A program made the position numbers and the translations under genes. This document shows, piece by piece, positions 51,876-64,000 of a stretch of DNA of 64,000 bases. This stretch comes from Phoronis australis. Taxonomy: Eukaryota > Animalia > Phoronida. How positions within the stretch are numbered: position 1 is the first letter of the stretch; the number at the start of each line of letters is the position of its first letter. The stretch covers positions 1 to 64,000 of the forward strand of contig NMRA01000298.1 in the NCBI GenBank assembly GCA_002633005.1, read 5' to 3'. The notes below the pieces were generated by a model that was not told the DNA's origin, searched no databases, and worked only from the letters and a program-made list of their open reading frames with translations.

Positions 51876-52990
51876 ATGATATCTGTATTTTTGAAACTGC
51901 TTGACAAATTTTGACTGCTACTGTGGTGCGCAATAGCAATTTATTTTTTAAATTTGGAATTTTAAAACTGATTTTCATGATCTTTGCGAATAGACTGCGG
52001 CATTTTCCCACTTTCAGAGGTGTGTTTCATAATCACTCCTAAAATCCTACCATTTGCTATCGCAGGTACATTTTAAAACACCACGATACTCTTGTTTATA
52101 TCGTTATTCTACAAAAAAATTGCATTGTATTACAGTGACCTTGGCTGATACAACATATGTAAATTCCTATGATGTTTTGTGATGCATCCGAATTGGTGTG
52201 GTTTGACAATATCTGTAATATTGCCAAAACCCGTTCCTGAAGAAAAAAAATCAATACTGATTTTCGCAATCCGTCGGTGACAGTGATGCTTTCAGGTTGG
52301 CATGCCGTTAACAGACTCCTCCGATAAGTCTTGGTCATTTTTCATTCAAGGATTCGTTGAACTCACAGGTAGTTCTTATCGGCAGGTGCATAGGAATTTT
52401 AACCACACATTCTTTGTGATGCCTGATCAGAATCCTTCTTGTAATTTTGGTCAAATAATATAACTGGCTACTGATTGGAGTTAATAATAATATTCAAGAG
52501 TTTTCAATCAAATTGTTTGTGTCAGTTTCCTAAAAAATGCGGTTTCATCACCTTCCATTTTCAGATCCTGCATACAGCTGACGAGTGATCAATGAATAAA
52601 ATTACGGATTTATCAAAGGAATTGGAAGACGCAGAAGAAAAACAAAAAAAAACAAAATCTTGCCACTCATTGAGGAGCAAGGTAGACCAATAAGAACTAT
52701 GAATAATATTCATAGGTAGCACTGGGCCTTTGTTTAAATTGACTTATTGTTCGAGATGAATTGAAAAGATAATTGAGGGATTGTTTACACGCCGCGTTAC
52801 ACCATGAATAGACTAACGGCCCGGTCTGCCGCTTGAGTGAGACCGGTGATTAGGCTTTCCACAACTGACCGCTTCCTTAGCCTTTATTCAGTTTCACTGG
52901 GCTATGGCCAGTAGCCGTCAAACGTAATCTGAACCAGTGAAGACCTTATTGACGATGACGACGCTTTTTTACAAAGTAGTCCCTATATTT

Positions 52991-53090
52991 TTAAACCGGT
53001 CGCTGGATTTTTAAACTGGACGCTGGACTTTTAAACAGGACGCGAGACATTTAAACAGGAAGCGCGCTCGGCCAAACAGGACTCTGCGAC
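52991..53090 (+). repeat. 20-bp tandem repeat x 5
   Basis: ttaaac(c/t/a)ggacgc units recur at 20-bp spacing. Confidence 0.85.
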
Positions 53091-54246
53091 ACGTTAAAAG
53101 TGGTCGTGGAGAACACTGAATATTCTGTCTAGAAAGTGCCCACCAAAAAGCCCTAGAAATTAGCTTAATGCTCCTACTGGGAAGACAACAGCTGTCTTAG
53201 ATTATCATACAAAACTAATTAATTTGCCATCCGCTTTTGGCCATTTTTGGGAAAGCGGCCTTGTGTCCTTTGATACGCCGTTAAAGGTAACAATTTCGTA
53301 AAATGTAACAGCTGATAATTTTACGTCATTGTTACATCTTACGTTGATAAGCCTATCCTAAAATGTAACAAGTTGTTACATTTCACTTCGAATGCCCATT
53401 ACGAAACCCACGTCATACTGCAAATGATCAAAATCTTGAACAATTGTTATCTGACACGGCCAGGGGGTACTGGAGTATTTTTACCTGAGGAGTGCCGCCT
53501 GAAAATTTTGAATACCTACCCCTTTAGAGAATGGGCACGAGCAAACAAGTGACACATTTAGGGACTAATTTGTGTAAAAATTCAAATTGTCGCAGACTTC
53601 TGTTCCATAAATTCAGGAGAGATATAATTTATTTAGATATAATTTTGTCGAAAATGGCACCAATTTGGAGAGTATGTTCTGTGAAAAAACACTCTTTTGA
53701 GCTGCACATGAATTTGGCTAACTATAATCACTTCTATTTGTATTATATTACTATAACTGCTTTTACTACCATTAATACTATTACTAATATTACTAATAGT
53801 ACTCGTTTTCGTTATCGTTATCATTATTATAATTAACATTTTAAATTAATTTATACTGATGTCACAATACACGTTTAGCAAAGTGCTAAAAACATCATGG
53901 TCCTCAAATAACTTAAAATCTTCTCATTTAGGGTTCAATGCGGTCATAGGGTTTTCCATAGTGGACGGCGAGTGCTGTTCCAAAATGACTTTAAAGGGGC
54001 TCCTATATTCAGCTTTGATATTGTGATGAACGTCTTGACAGCTGTGGATGCAGAGTAGGTCTACATTTTGGAAACGATGTATCTGTTTAAGCGTGGTGAA
54101 CCAACTTCAAAAAATGATTATTTCTGAACTATCGTCAAGCACTGTATTATTTGTAAATCTACATGTAACTATGTCCATCTGTAGTTTGCCACGAAGAACT
54201 GAAATCAGCCCGCAATATTGTCTCTGACTTGTTAAAAGCATTCCTG

Positions 54247-54627
54247 GGCCCGGTCTCCAATCTTTTTACTCGAAATGGAACTCGAAATTAGGTTTGGCAT
54301 TTTCCACTCTACTTTTGGGCGAACTCAAGATAAGTGTCTATTATTCTATGCTTGAGTACACATTAACTTACGTAGATAATTTGTTGCCCTTAGGTCACAG
54401 TTTGTAAACCCAATATTAAAGCAATAAGTTCGAGTTTTTACTCGAGTTTATAGCACGAATATAAGGGTCTTCAAGGGCAAACTTGAACTAGAAACTCCTA
54501 TGCATAAACTATAATGTATTTGAGCACATTCTGACAACCAGTTATGTTATGTTCGCACAAAAGGAGTAGAGAAATTGCCAAACATAATTTCGAGTTCGTT
54601 TCCAGTACAAAGATTAGAGACCGGGCC
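54247..54627. mobile_element. PIF/Harbinger-like MITE (381 bp)
   Basis: TIR ggcccggtctc(c/t)aatcttt with ~40 bp of extended inverted similarity; 3-bp TSD ctg on both sides. Confidence 0.85.
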
Positions 54628-55199
54628 CTGGTTAGAGAACTGTATGTTGTTCCACGACGATTTGCAAGTTCAAAAATTGGGTTAAGTTGAATTCTGGAGG
54701 CGGACATTTTTCGAGAACTTACGACTAGTCGACTGCGTTCACCGGGTCATTAGATTATCTGGTAACGGACATACAAAACACGTAACGATTTTATGTGGAA
54801 TGTGTCCCAATATCTTTAGGAAAGCACAGTGATTTAACAGCATGATTTGAACTAGGTTTCATTGAAAGTGGACTGCATGGAACAAAGCCCACCAACGTCG
54901 AAGTCAGCATTGTTTAATATGAGCAATTAATGAAATTCATCAAAAATATAGATATCCCAAATTCCTTATTTGGTAGCTGCAACAATAAAGTGGCGCTTCA
55001 TGAGACACGTGACTTCACGTCCATTAAAAATACAATGACCAAATTCTGTCCTTCTTTATGTGTACTTCGAACCAACAACCATTGACAAAAAGCACTTTTA
55101 ATTCACACTTTATCTTAAACGATAATGGGAAAACAAACTGCATGTTTTTATTTACCGAGAATTAAAAAAAATAATTGCAGGCGGTCTGATACACGTTGT

Positions 55200-55400
55200 A
55201 CCAGACGTGCGCAGGCTTCGCATGTGGGCCAATGGAATGATCACCTGAACATATTTATATGCTTTATTGATATATGGTTAAAACCGAGCTGAGGGGCTAG
55301 AAACCTGGCTCAAGGGTTTAGCAGTGTGACCTGGTGGAATTTGAACCCCCGACCTCGAGTAAAGAAAGCAGGCACTTATCAACCAGGCCACACTGCCTCC
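55200..55400 (-). mobile_element. tRNA-derived SINE, same family as 14510-14708
   Basis: Minus strand cagtgtggcctggttg (A-box), ggttcaaattcc (B-box), and shared body cggttttaac...ataaagcata. Confidence 0.7.
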
Positions 55401-58400
55401 TTTATTTACCAAAAGGAAGACAGTCAGTTTTTTGGACTGTTACCCATAGACCAGATTTGAGCAAAATGTTCATGTCCCTTCAGAGTGCGAAATAGTTTCT
55501 ATTTCCCCAGCTGGGCATCGCATTTATACGTAATACTATACACGTCACGGTTTGACATGTTGATACCACAACTATTTCAGACAAGCTTGTCATCATAAAA
55601 GCAATGATATTTCTTTCGTTTCTATGCCGACTCTTTTTAAGATAATTGCTCGCCCTTCTCAAAGGTGATATTTTGCTGTTGCTTTTTCAAAATCTGTCAG
55701 CCTGCAGGCAAATAAATGCGTGCTTTTATTGCCTTCCACAACAATGTGTTTAAGAAATTGTCATTCGTAACTAGGGTCGTAGACAGTACCCGCCGGCATC
55801 AGAAACTTTGGTTTTGCTCTTTTTTGTGAAGCAGGATAGCTACTGCATTAGTGATGAACTCCAAACGAATAAAACACCGGTCTAAATAAACCAAACTATC
55901 GTGGATCAAAATTGACAGGTGTTTTTTTTTCCAACATATTGGCTTCCGAAATGGAATTCTCCATTAGCAAAACTATCATTGTCGTTCGTTCTCTAAGAAA
56001 CACGATACGTATTAGCCAAAGACGATGTCATTGTTGTTCTTACCGAGGGAAATGTCTTTACTGTAATGTCGGATACACAATTGGTTTATGAGCGCCAACA
56101 AAAGATTGCAAGAACGCTTTAATGGTAAGAAACGTGTTGCCCAATCCTGGAATCTCCTTTCCTGTGAAGTTGAAACTATGCTCTGTACATATTTTACCAT
56201 ACCATCGAAACTACTCATGTTAAAAAAACGATGGAAAGTACATAGGGAGACATATATAAAGTCGGCCTGGCACACTTGGTAGAATTTCATTCACACATTC
56301 CGAGATAGAAGGCGTTTAGTGTGTCTACGGTTTTCCTACCTGAGACAATTGCCACGCATGGAATATGACGTCGCTTTCGTAAAATGTAACCATGGTTCAT
56401 TTCTCGTTTTGCATTCGACGTAAATTGTAACACTTTCATAAAATATAACTACTTGTTACATTTTAGAAGGAGCCCAGCAACGTAAAATATGACAATGACA
56501 TAAAATGCAGCAATTGTTACATTTTACGAAATTGTTACATTTTACGGCGTACCAGTCCATAACCCCTTGCAGGATCACTTTAAAAATTGTTATCCTTTTT
56601 ATATACATGTAGAGAGTGTAACTGGTTATGGCAAATTTTGCATCGGAAGCTTTTCTATCTGTCTCTCTGCCTTCCAAACTGTTCCAAAAATCTCTATGAA
56701 AATTGACATGTTCATGTGATGAAGACCCTAGTTGACTTGTTTTTAAATGGGCCTAGTGATTATGGTGCCCTTATGCCATACAACTTATTTTGCAACAATT
56801 TTAACTCTGATCAACACCCCTAGAAACACATCGTTTAGAATGCAGACGTAGAGGCATTTCAGTATCGTCTTTTATTGCTTCAGGCTGTCAAACCTTCCAA
56901 ACGGCTACGAGAAAAATGAAAATTGGCATCGATGTTCTTGTGGAGAACACTGTAGCCAACATTTTTATTTGAAAGAGCGATAACTTTTATGTCCTCGAGT
57001 GGTATTGAATATATTTTGAACTGGTCTTAACACCCCCAGAAACATGCCATTGACGGTGGAGACGTGGACGAATGTCAACGTCCTGGTTCTTGGGTTTTGA
57101 TAATTTTTAAGTTATGATCTAAATTCTCAAAATAAATCGCCATATTAAAATGTTAATTTCACATTATTGTATCGATCAAGGCTTAGAAATTGGTAGAATT
57201 TATATATTAGTGTTTAAATACTTTTAACTTCTCAAGGGGATTTATATGCATGGAATTCAAAGTATTGGTGTAAGAACCGGTGTTTAATGAAAAATCAGTG
57301 TTGTTCATTTCCGCTTGGTTTTCATGTTGATGTTTTTTCTGTAGTTGCTATTTTTAAATTATAGTTGCTGTGGAACTATTGGAATGTTTTAATGATAGTT
57401 TTTCGCGGTTTATTAGTTTAAAAATTTCCTTGTACACTGTACATATTGAGTTATCCATTACTGGGTGGAGACAGCATACATGTGACATCTATTTACTTTT
57501 TCACGAAATTTACCTTTGACCATTACATTTGTTTATCTTTCATGTCCTTGTTTTCTATAGATTTCAGTCGACGTGTTAGGCCTTCTTTTATATGTTTATT
57601 GATTTAGTCACACTGATAACGTATTGTATTTCCATACCTGTATGTAGCAGCTTCACTCTATAATCCTCCCAGCGGCCTCTATTGTTAAGTCTTCACTTGT
57701 ATTTACAAACATCCCAGCCCTAGCTTCTTCCCCAGTGGTTAGTTTTGTATTTGGCGCACATTCTGATAGGTGGAATAGGTTCACTTTCCAGTCATATGTA
57801 TTTAATATGTCATACCCATCACCTATTTTCTCTACGAACCACCTCATCCGGAACACATTTTTTTTCTCTAAGAACCACCTCGATCGAGTTTTATCCTTGT
57901 ACAAAAAAACCACAAGTACAGCTTTCAGTATAGGGCGTAACTATGTTTCCCAGTGTCGTTAGCTTGCACGTCTCTGGGTGTGATTGCAAACTTCCTTTGA
58001 TGTGTGGTCATAACTCAACTTACATGTTGAAGGTTACGCTGCTCAAGTGCGTTACACTGAGAGAGCATAACACTCTTGCATTACACGGGTTGTTCACTAC
58101 TAGATTTACATGTCTTTGGGCGAATACAAGCCATATTATGCAGTTAAAATATGCAAGTTCCGTAGGCTTTGATCGGTCAAAAAGAAAAAAATGAACGTAC
58201 ATGTAGTTTTCTCATGTTTATGTCTATGCTAATAGAACCATTGAACTTACCCAACTATGAGAAACTGTTATTTTCTTATTGGTTAAAAACATTGTTGGTA
58301 AGCTCTGTGGCATTTTGTCTTATGTTCGTGTATATTGGGTTACATTATAAAGTACATCACGAACAAATATTTCAGTTTTTCATGAAAACAATTGCCACCA

Positions 58401-59989
58401 ACATGAGGACACATCACCCCCATTTAGGTAGGTTGCAGAAAATGTCGCTACAGTGAACACTGTCATTAATGACATTGTTAAATTTCATGCATTCACAGTC
58501 TGTAAACTTTGTTTCACCAAGTTAGAGGATTATAAGATATTAAACTGTACTACCATGTTTAATTTCCGTGACAACGTTGGTGGATCATTGTCTGAGTGCA
58601 GTTGAGCAGACAGAATCTCTTGCAATTTGCTATTTTACTGGGAGTGATGAGATTATTTGGGATTAGTACCATGTTTAATATAAATATATAAATACTGGAA
58701 ATTGTTTAAAGCTGATGTGTGTGGCCTATGGCTGTCCTGTTTCTAAAGATAAACCCGGTGTTATACTATGTTCTTATATTGAAACCCGTGGCAGATTTAG
58801 AAGGGTGTCATGGCCACCACCAAATTTCTCCTAGATTCCAGGTGTCAGTTTTGGGGATGAGAATGTCTGACGGCCAAAATCCTGTGCCCTGGCCCCCCAA
58901 CTCAGAATCCGATATCCGCCCATGGAAATTTTTCAATGTTTCTTCAATGACTATAAATATTGAGGCATAGCTTTATAGGTATATTTGATTTGTACGAAAC
59001 TGTTGCTGTACCAAAGAGTGGATCTGTACAGGAAGACTTTCTTAAGTGGGGGTGAAAAGGTACCTGTTACGGTCCCCTGCCTTTTCGCTCGACAGTATCA
59101 TCCAAATTTAACACAGAATAATCATTGGCTCAGAATTCGAACATTTTCCTGGGAATTTTTGAGTGAGTGGTATTAGCACTCCCTCCAGATTTCCACTTCC
59201 TACACATTGCGTAGTTTTTGTGTTTTCGTACCATGCCATAAACATCTAAAGCTATTGCATACTGTAGCTTTTGGGTTGAGATTCAGTGGTTGCTGTGTCG
59301 TGGCAGTTTATATCTCATTGAGACATTTCATCAAAGTAAGATTTATTTGGAGGCGTTAATGCCGAATTATTGCTAGCCTTTTTAAATTTCCCACCGAAAC
59401 ACTACCTATTCAGAGAGTCCCACTGCATAATGAGAGGGCAGGAGATTCAGTCTCGACCTCAGACATTGGCCCAGATTCAAAACTTTTTTTTTTATGTAAC
59501 AGCCTTACTGTTCAATGTGTTCGCTTCAAGCAAACAAACTGGAATCCAATGAGGTAGACCAATTCTTCCATTTACCTAGGTAAATCATAAGTTTAACTGA
59601 TGTTGAGTTTCGAGGTTTATAATGTAGTCGTAGTTAAACTACATGTATGCTTGTCAAGACCATGTTACCATAAGTATCCAGATTGATGAGCATCAATGAA
59701 TGCTGCTCGCTGTGTCAATTATTCACCCATCTGAAACAACAGAAGTCTATTCATGGAATGCCAACTTAAATTTGAAGCCGCTGAGGTTGCGCTGCGATTG
59801 CATTCGTTTGTTTCGATGTTTGATCTTTCTATGGAATTTGTCACTACACCTTTTTGCAACTCATCCAAATTACACAGGCCTTAAGGCTAGTCCCTGAGTT
59901 ACAAGTTTTAATAATAGAATACATAGGTCACGTGCAGGAATTGGCATTCCAGGGTTAAGACAACTGTTGATATCTACAAATGGATGAAA

Positions 59990-60376
59990 CTATTAAAAAA
60001 ATCCATGGATCTCAAAGTCCTCCTCATTTCCTGGTAAAGAGAAGAAAGCTCTGATGCAGGCTAGTGCGCATGCTGTGATGACAACACGACAGTTGTCCTA
60101 AGTGACTGTTTACCCAACTTTGGAACTGTATGTAGGCCACGTGTCGCATCCTTTTATCCAAGGGTCTGTCATAGCCGTCAGGATATTGACTTTTGTATTG
60201 TAGCCATGCAGTCTCCAAAATATCATGATTGATGTATACATGTTTAAAACCCCCATTCTCCACAATATTTTTTTCTTCTATGTAAGTTGTCGCGTTGCAA
60301 TAACCTTGTCGACCTCTTGACAACATACTCTTTCTTCAACTACTTCGGTTTTTCTGACAGTTGCCTTAGGTGCGCC
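59990..60376 (-). pseudogene. Decayed P2RX7 C-terminal/Nanor-like Cys-rich gene (KolX-like, transposon-associated)
   Basis: Across stops and frameshifts: (C)T*GNCQK...EERVCCQEVDKV...GFKHVYINHDILETAWLQY...KRMRHVAYIQFQSWVNSHLG...RVVITACALACIR. Confidence 0.75.
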
Positions 60377-60569
60377 TGCAAGATGTGTCAATAAAAATAC
60401 ATTACTTCAGTAAACATCAAAATTTCGAATTGAAAAAATTTCAGAGAGTGTCAAATATTTTCATTGTTGTCGTAATGCAAATACAATAAAGCCAAATAGT
60501 ATAAACATTCACGCGCACAGTCACGCTCACATTCATACACAGGGGGGCATTGGTTGTATGTAGTATAAA

Positions 60570-63500
60570 TTAAAATAAAGGTGCTATAGGGGCCCATCGT
60601 TCCTCGAAGTCGAGATACCTGCACTGGTTATAGTACATAACATTTTCTACTTTGTAGTAATCAAAAACAAAATGTTTAAAAAGTGCAGAACATGGTTCTA
60701 CATTCTGAAGTCTTTGCTTGTGTATGTGGTACTTGCCTAAACATAAAAGTATTTTTATGATTTTTGGTCCATTAAAGGAGCAAAAAATTACGTCAAAATG
60801 ATCATATCAATTCCGCAGAGGTTTTTTATCCAGTTTTCAACAGTTTTCCAAAAGCTTTGGACACCTAAACAAGACCAATACAAGTGAAAAAGGTCTTCAG
60901 AATGAGAATTACAAAAAGGACAACTATCTGAATTTCCAACACCAATCTTACTCAAAAACTCATTGGTTCCGAGGAGTCTGTGAGTTAAACGTATTTGAAA
61001 CCATTTAAGCTGCACATCACAAGAAAAGTTAATAGAATAAGAATAAATTTTTCTCCACCACTCACGGGGAATTACGGTACTCAACTGTTTTTTCCAATTT
61101 TCCTCAAATTTGGGTTTTTTATATAGTTTTTTGTATTAAGTGGGTATAAATTTGTTTATTGACTTTTTGTCTCGATATAAGAATGGAATTTAATGTTGTG
61201 CAAAAAGGCAAGTTTATCTCAATTTCACTACATGGCCTAATTTGAGAATAACGAATAGTTTGACGAATTGCACTTTGAATACCCCAAAAAGATGTGAATG
61301 ATGGAAAAAACCTTTATCTTTCACAAAAACACTGGTAAGGCATAAAATAACCACTATGTTTCAACAAATCGTGGATAAAAATTATACCAGTCATTGTAGA
61401 AAACAGACTTTTTATCAATCAAAATATGTTCATTATACCAGAATGGTTCGTAATAAAATTCCTCTTTAATGTGATAATCTGAGATTCTAGAGAGTACTTC
61501 CCCAACAACTAAAAATACTTCTTTCCAAAAGACATTCTTAAAAATTCCCGGGCATTGACTATAAAATTTGGCCCCAACATGATGAAGGTTTTTTCCAGCT
61601 AAAAAGCGGTTTTTCATAACAATCAATTTCCAGGAAGATTGATTGGCCATCACAAGTCTCACGAACCATGTAAATTTTAACGACTTCATATAACTTTTTA
61701 AATGGACCATTTTATAGGCTCCGTCGAAAAAATCTTGGATCATAATATTTCTAGCTATCCTGTCATTTTTGTTTTGCCAAATAAATTTAAAAAAATGTTT
61801 TTCTAAAGAGTCAACAACTTTGTCTGATGGAGAAGGTAATGACAACAGGAGGTGCGTTAATTTAGGCAAAACAAACGATTTAACTACGGTTATTTTTCCT
61901 AGCGTAGTGAGCGATCTCCTGGACCAACAAGTCAAATCTCTGTAAATCTCTTGTATTTTGACATTGTAATTTAAGTCTGGAATTTCTGAAAAATTTGTGC
62001 TAAATGTGACTCCCAGAATTGAGAATTTTTGTTTTTGCCATGATAAATTTAATTCTGGACACAAGCGCAATTCACTTCCCCTCATCCGACCTATCCAAAT
62101 ACAATGAGTTTTTTCTACATTTGGTCTCAGACCAGAGAATTAGGTGAAATTGGTCCAGGAGATCAAGCGAGTATTTTAAGGATTCTGCTGTACCGCCTAA
62201 AAACAAAACCGTGTCATCTGCATATTGCAGAAGCTTAAGGTCGTTGACATCTGGAATGCCAATACCTTTTATATTTTTATTTTCACGAAACATGATGGCC
62301 ATTATTTCAACACAAATGATGTAAAGATAGGGGGACACATAATCACCTTTTTTACATCAGCCACCAATTTTGAAGTATTCTGAGGTTATGCTGTGCTGGA
62401 TCACACAAAGTGTAGCGTTTGACTTTAGTAAGCGCACCCAATCAATGAGGTTTTTACCAAAGTTGAAAAAAGATAAGGTTTTGTAGATCATTTTCCAGGA
62501 AATGGAATCGAAGGCTTTCTCAAAGTCAATTTGAACTATCAGACCGGGTATGTCATATTCTTCTGAGCAATTTAAAATGTCGTAGATGGTTCCAATATTT
62601 TACCAATAAACCTCCCCTTGATAAAGCCTTTCTGATTTTCATGAATGATTTTGGTAATGACGCTTTTAATACGATGTGCAATACAACCCAATAAAACTTT
62701 ATAACTTGTGTTTAAGAGAGAAGTGGGGCGCCAATTGCTCAAGAATACACGCGGCTTTTACCTTTTGGAATAATAGTGATCACGCCCTGAATTTGACTTG
62801 GGGGCATGGAACCACGAGCAAAACTGTTATTAAATGAATTAACCAAAAATACTGATAAATTATTCGAAAAAAAATTAAAGAATTCCACACTAAAACCATC
62901 AGGGCCAGGGGATTTATCCTTTTTCTTCAATTTGACCACACTAAGTGCTTCGGACACTGTGATCTCGCCGTCTAAACGCTTACTATCGTCATTGGTTAAT
63001 CGTGGAACATGTAGTGACGGTGGGAACAGAGCGTTCAAATTAACGTCATCAAGGAGCTCATCTTCACATGCATAGAGAGATTTATAAAAATCGCAAATGT
63101 TATGTAGAAGTGCACTTTGCTCGGTGATTGTAGTATTGTTGTGAGTGTCTACAACTAATTAAGTAACATTTTTATTAACATAATTTCTTTTTTCCAAATT
63201 GGCAAAATATTTTGAAGGTTTTTCGCCATTTTCAACCCAACTTGCGCGCGCTCTGATCTGATGTCCTCTCATAATGTAATCTCTACAGTCTTCCAAATCC
63301 TTCATTTTTTGTTCTAAAATAGTATCGAATAAGCCAGATGTAAATTCGTCTGCTAATTTTACAAGATAAGATAATTGATTTTCAAAAAAACTTTACTTTT
63401 TCCGTGTTTCAGATTGTTTCTTTTTAGAATACAATATAGTTTCGGATCTGATCCTGAATAGCAACATTTCGAAGAATATAGAATCATCAATGGTTAGACA

Positions 63501-64000
63501 CGGATCAGCCTTGGGAATATGTAGAACATTTGGCCTGTCATAGGGTAGAGCGGCATATTTCACAATACTCTCGTCTATAACTTAATTAACACGATTAACA
63601 AAGTCAGAGTCTTTTAATAAAGAATTGTTAAAACGCCATAGACCTCGACCGCGCTGGAATTCCGTAATTTTAATTTCAATAGAAATGGTATGATGATCAC
63701 TTCGATATCCTGGAATTATTCCTGTAGACTCTATCATACCATGGATCTCTTCAGAAATTAGAAAAAAATCAAGCCTAGCTTTTTTCATAGGGTTACTTTT
63801 CCTCCACGTGAAAGACTTCAATAAAGGATTGGCAACACGCCAGGGGTCAATAAGACTGTGTTTTGTTCTCATGTCGAGAACCTCGCGTCTGGCGTTTAGA
63901 TTATTAATGCGTTCATAATTGACGCAATCCAATTCAAAAGTCTGGACGAGGTTCCAGTTCCCACATAAAACAACAGCCGTTCCATCAGAATTATCTAGGT
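60570..64000 (-). mobile_element. Tx1/L1-clade LINE ORF2 (APE + RT + zinc finger), frameshifted, continuing beyond the window
   Basis: APE: FTWRK...RLDFFLISE...SDH...GLWRFNNSLL. RT: KSPGPDGF, SPYLYIICVE, LQYADDT, YNVKI...LTTLGKITVVKS. C-terminus: CPFC...EDLFHLYWSC...FW. Confidence 0.95.

Larger units (their letters stand above)
53271..56554. mobile_element. Putative TG...CA DNA element with long TGTAAC-rich inverted termini
   Basis: 53271-53415 is colinear with the reverse complement of 56365-56554. Flanks are gtcctt and gtccat, a 5/6 match consistent with a 6-bp TSD. Confidence 0.55.

Overview
AT-rich, repeat-dense eukaryotic (animal, probably marine invertebrate) genomic DNA with spliceosomal introns and one 754-N assembly gap (24197-24950). 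The ORF track is mostly noise; the real genes are spliced. (1) Five in-phase internal exons of a methionine synthase reductase (MTRR) gene lie on + (10-4214), including a GC-AG intron. I could not find its remaining 3' exons anywhere in the window. (2) A multi-exon gene on - encodes a mosaic extracellular protein with no visible collagen helix: CTHRC1 C-terminal domain, fibronectin type II, second divergent CTHRC1 C-terminal domain. Six exons (17977 down to 7603) are well supported and join in frame. A signal peptide + PAN/Apple exon (38179-37811) is a probable 5' end, and an orphan paralogous CTHRC1-type last exon at ~39455 suggests a tandem cluster. (3) The rest is decayed or nested mobile DNA: an Academ transposon with TIRs and TSD inserted in a palindromic element, Tx1/L1, RTE-X-like, CR1/L2 and I/Jockey-like LINE remnants, a decayed P2RX7-C/KolX-like gene, Helentron-type tandem arrays, tRNA-SINEs, MITEs and minisatellites. 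All family assignments come from motif recognition by eye; no searches were run.
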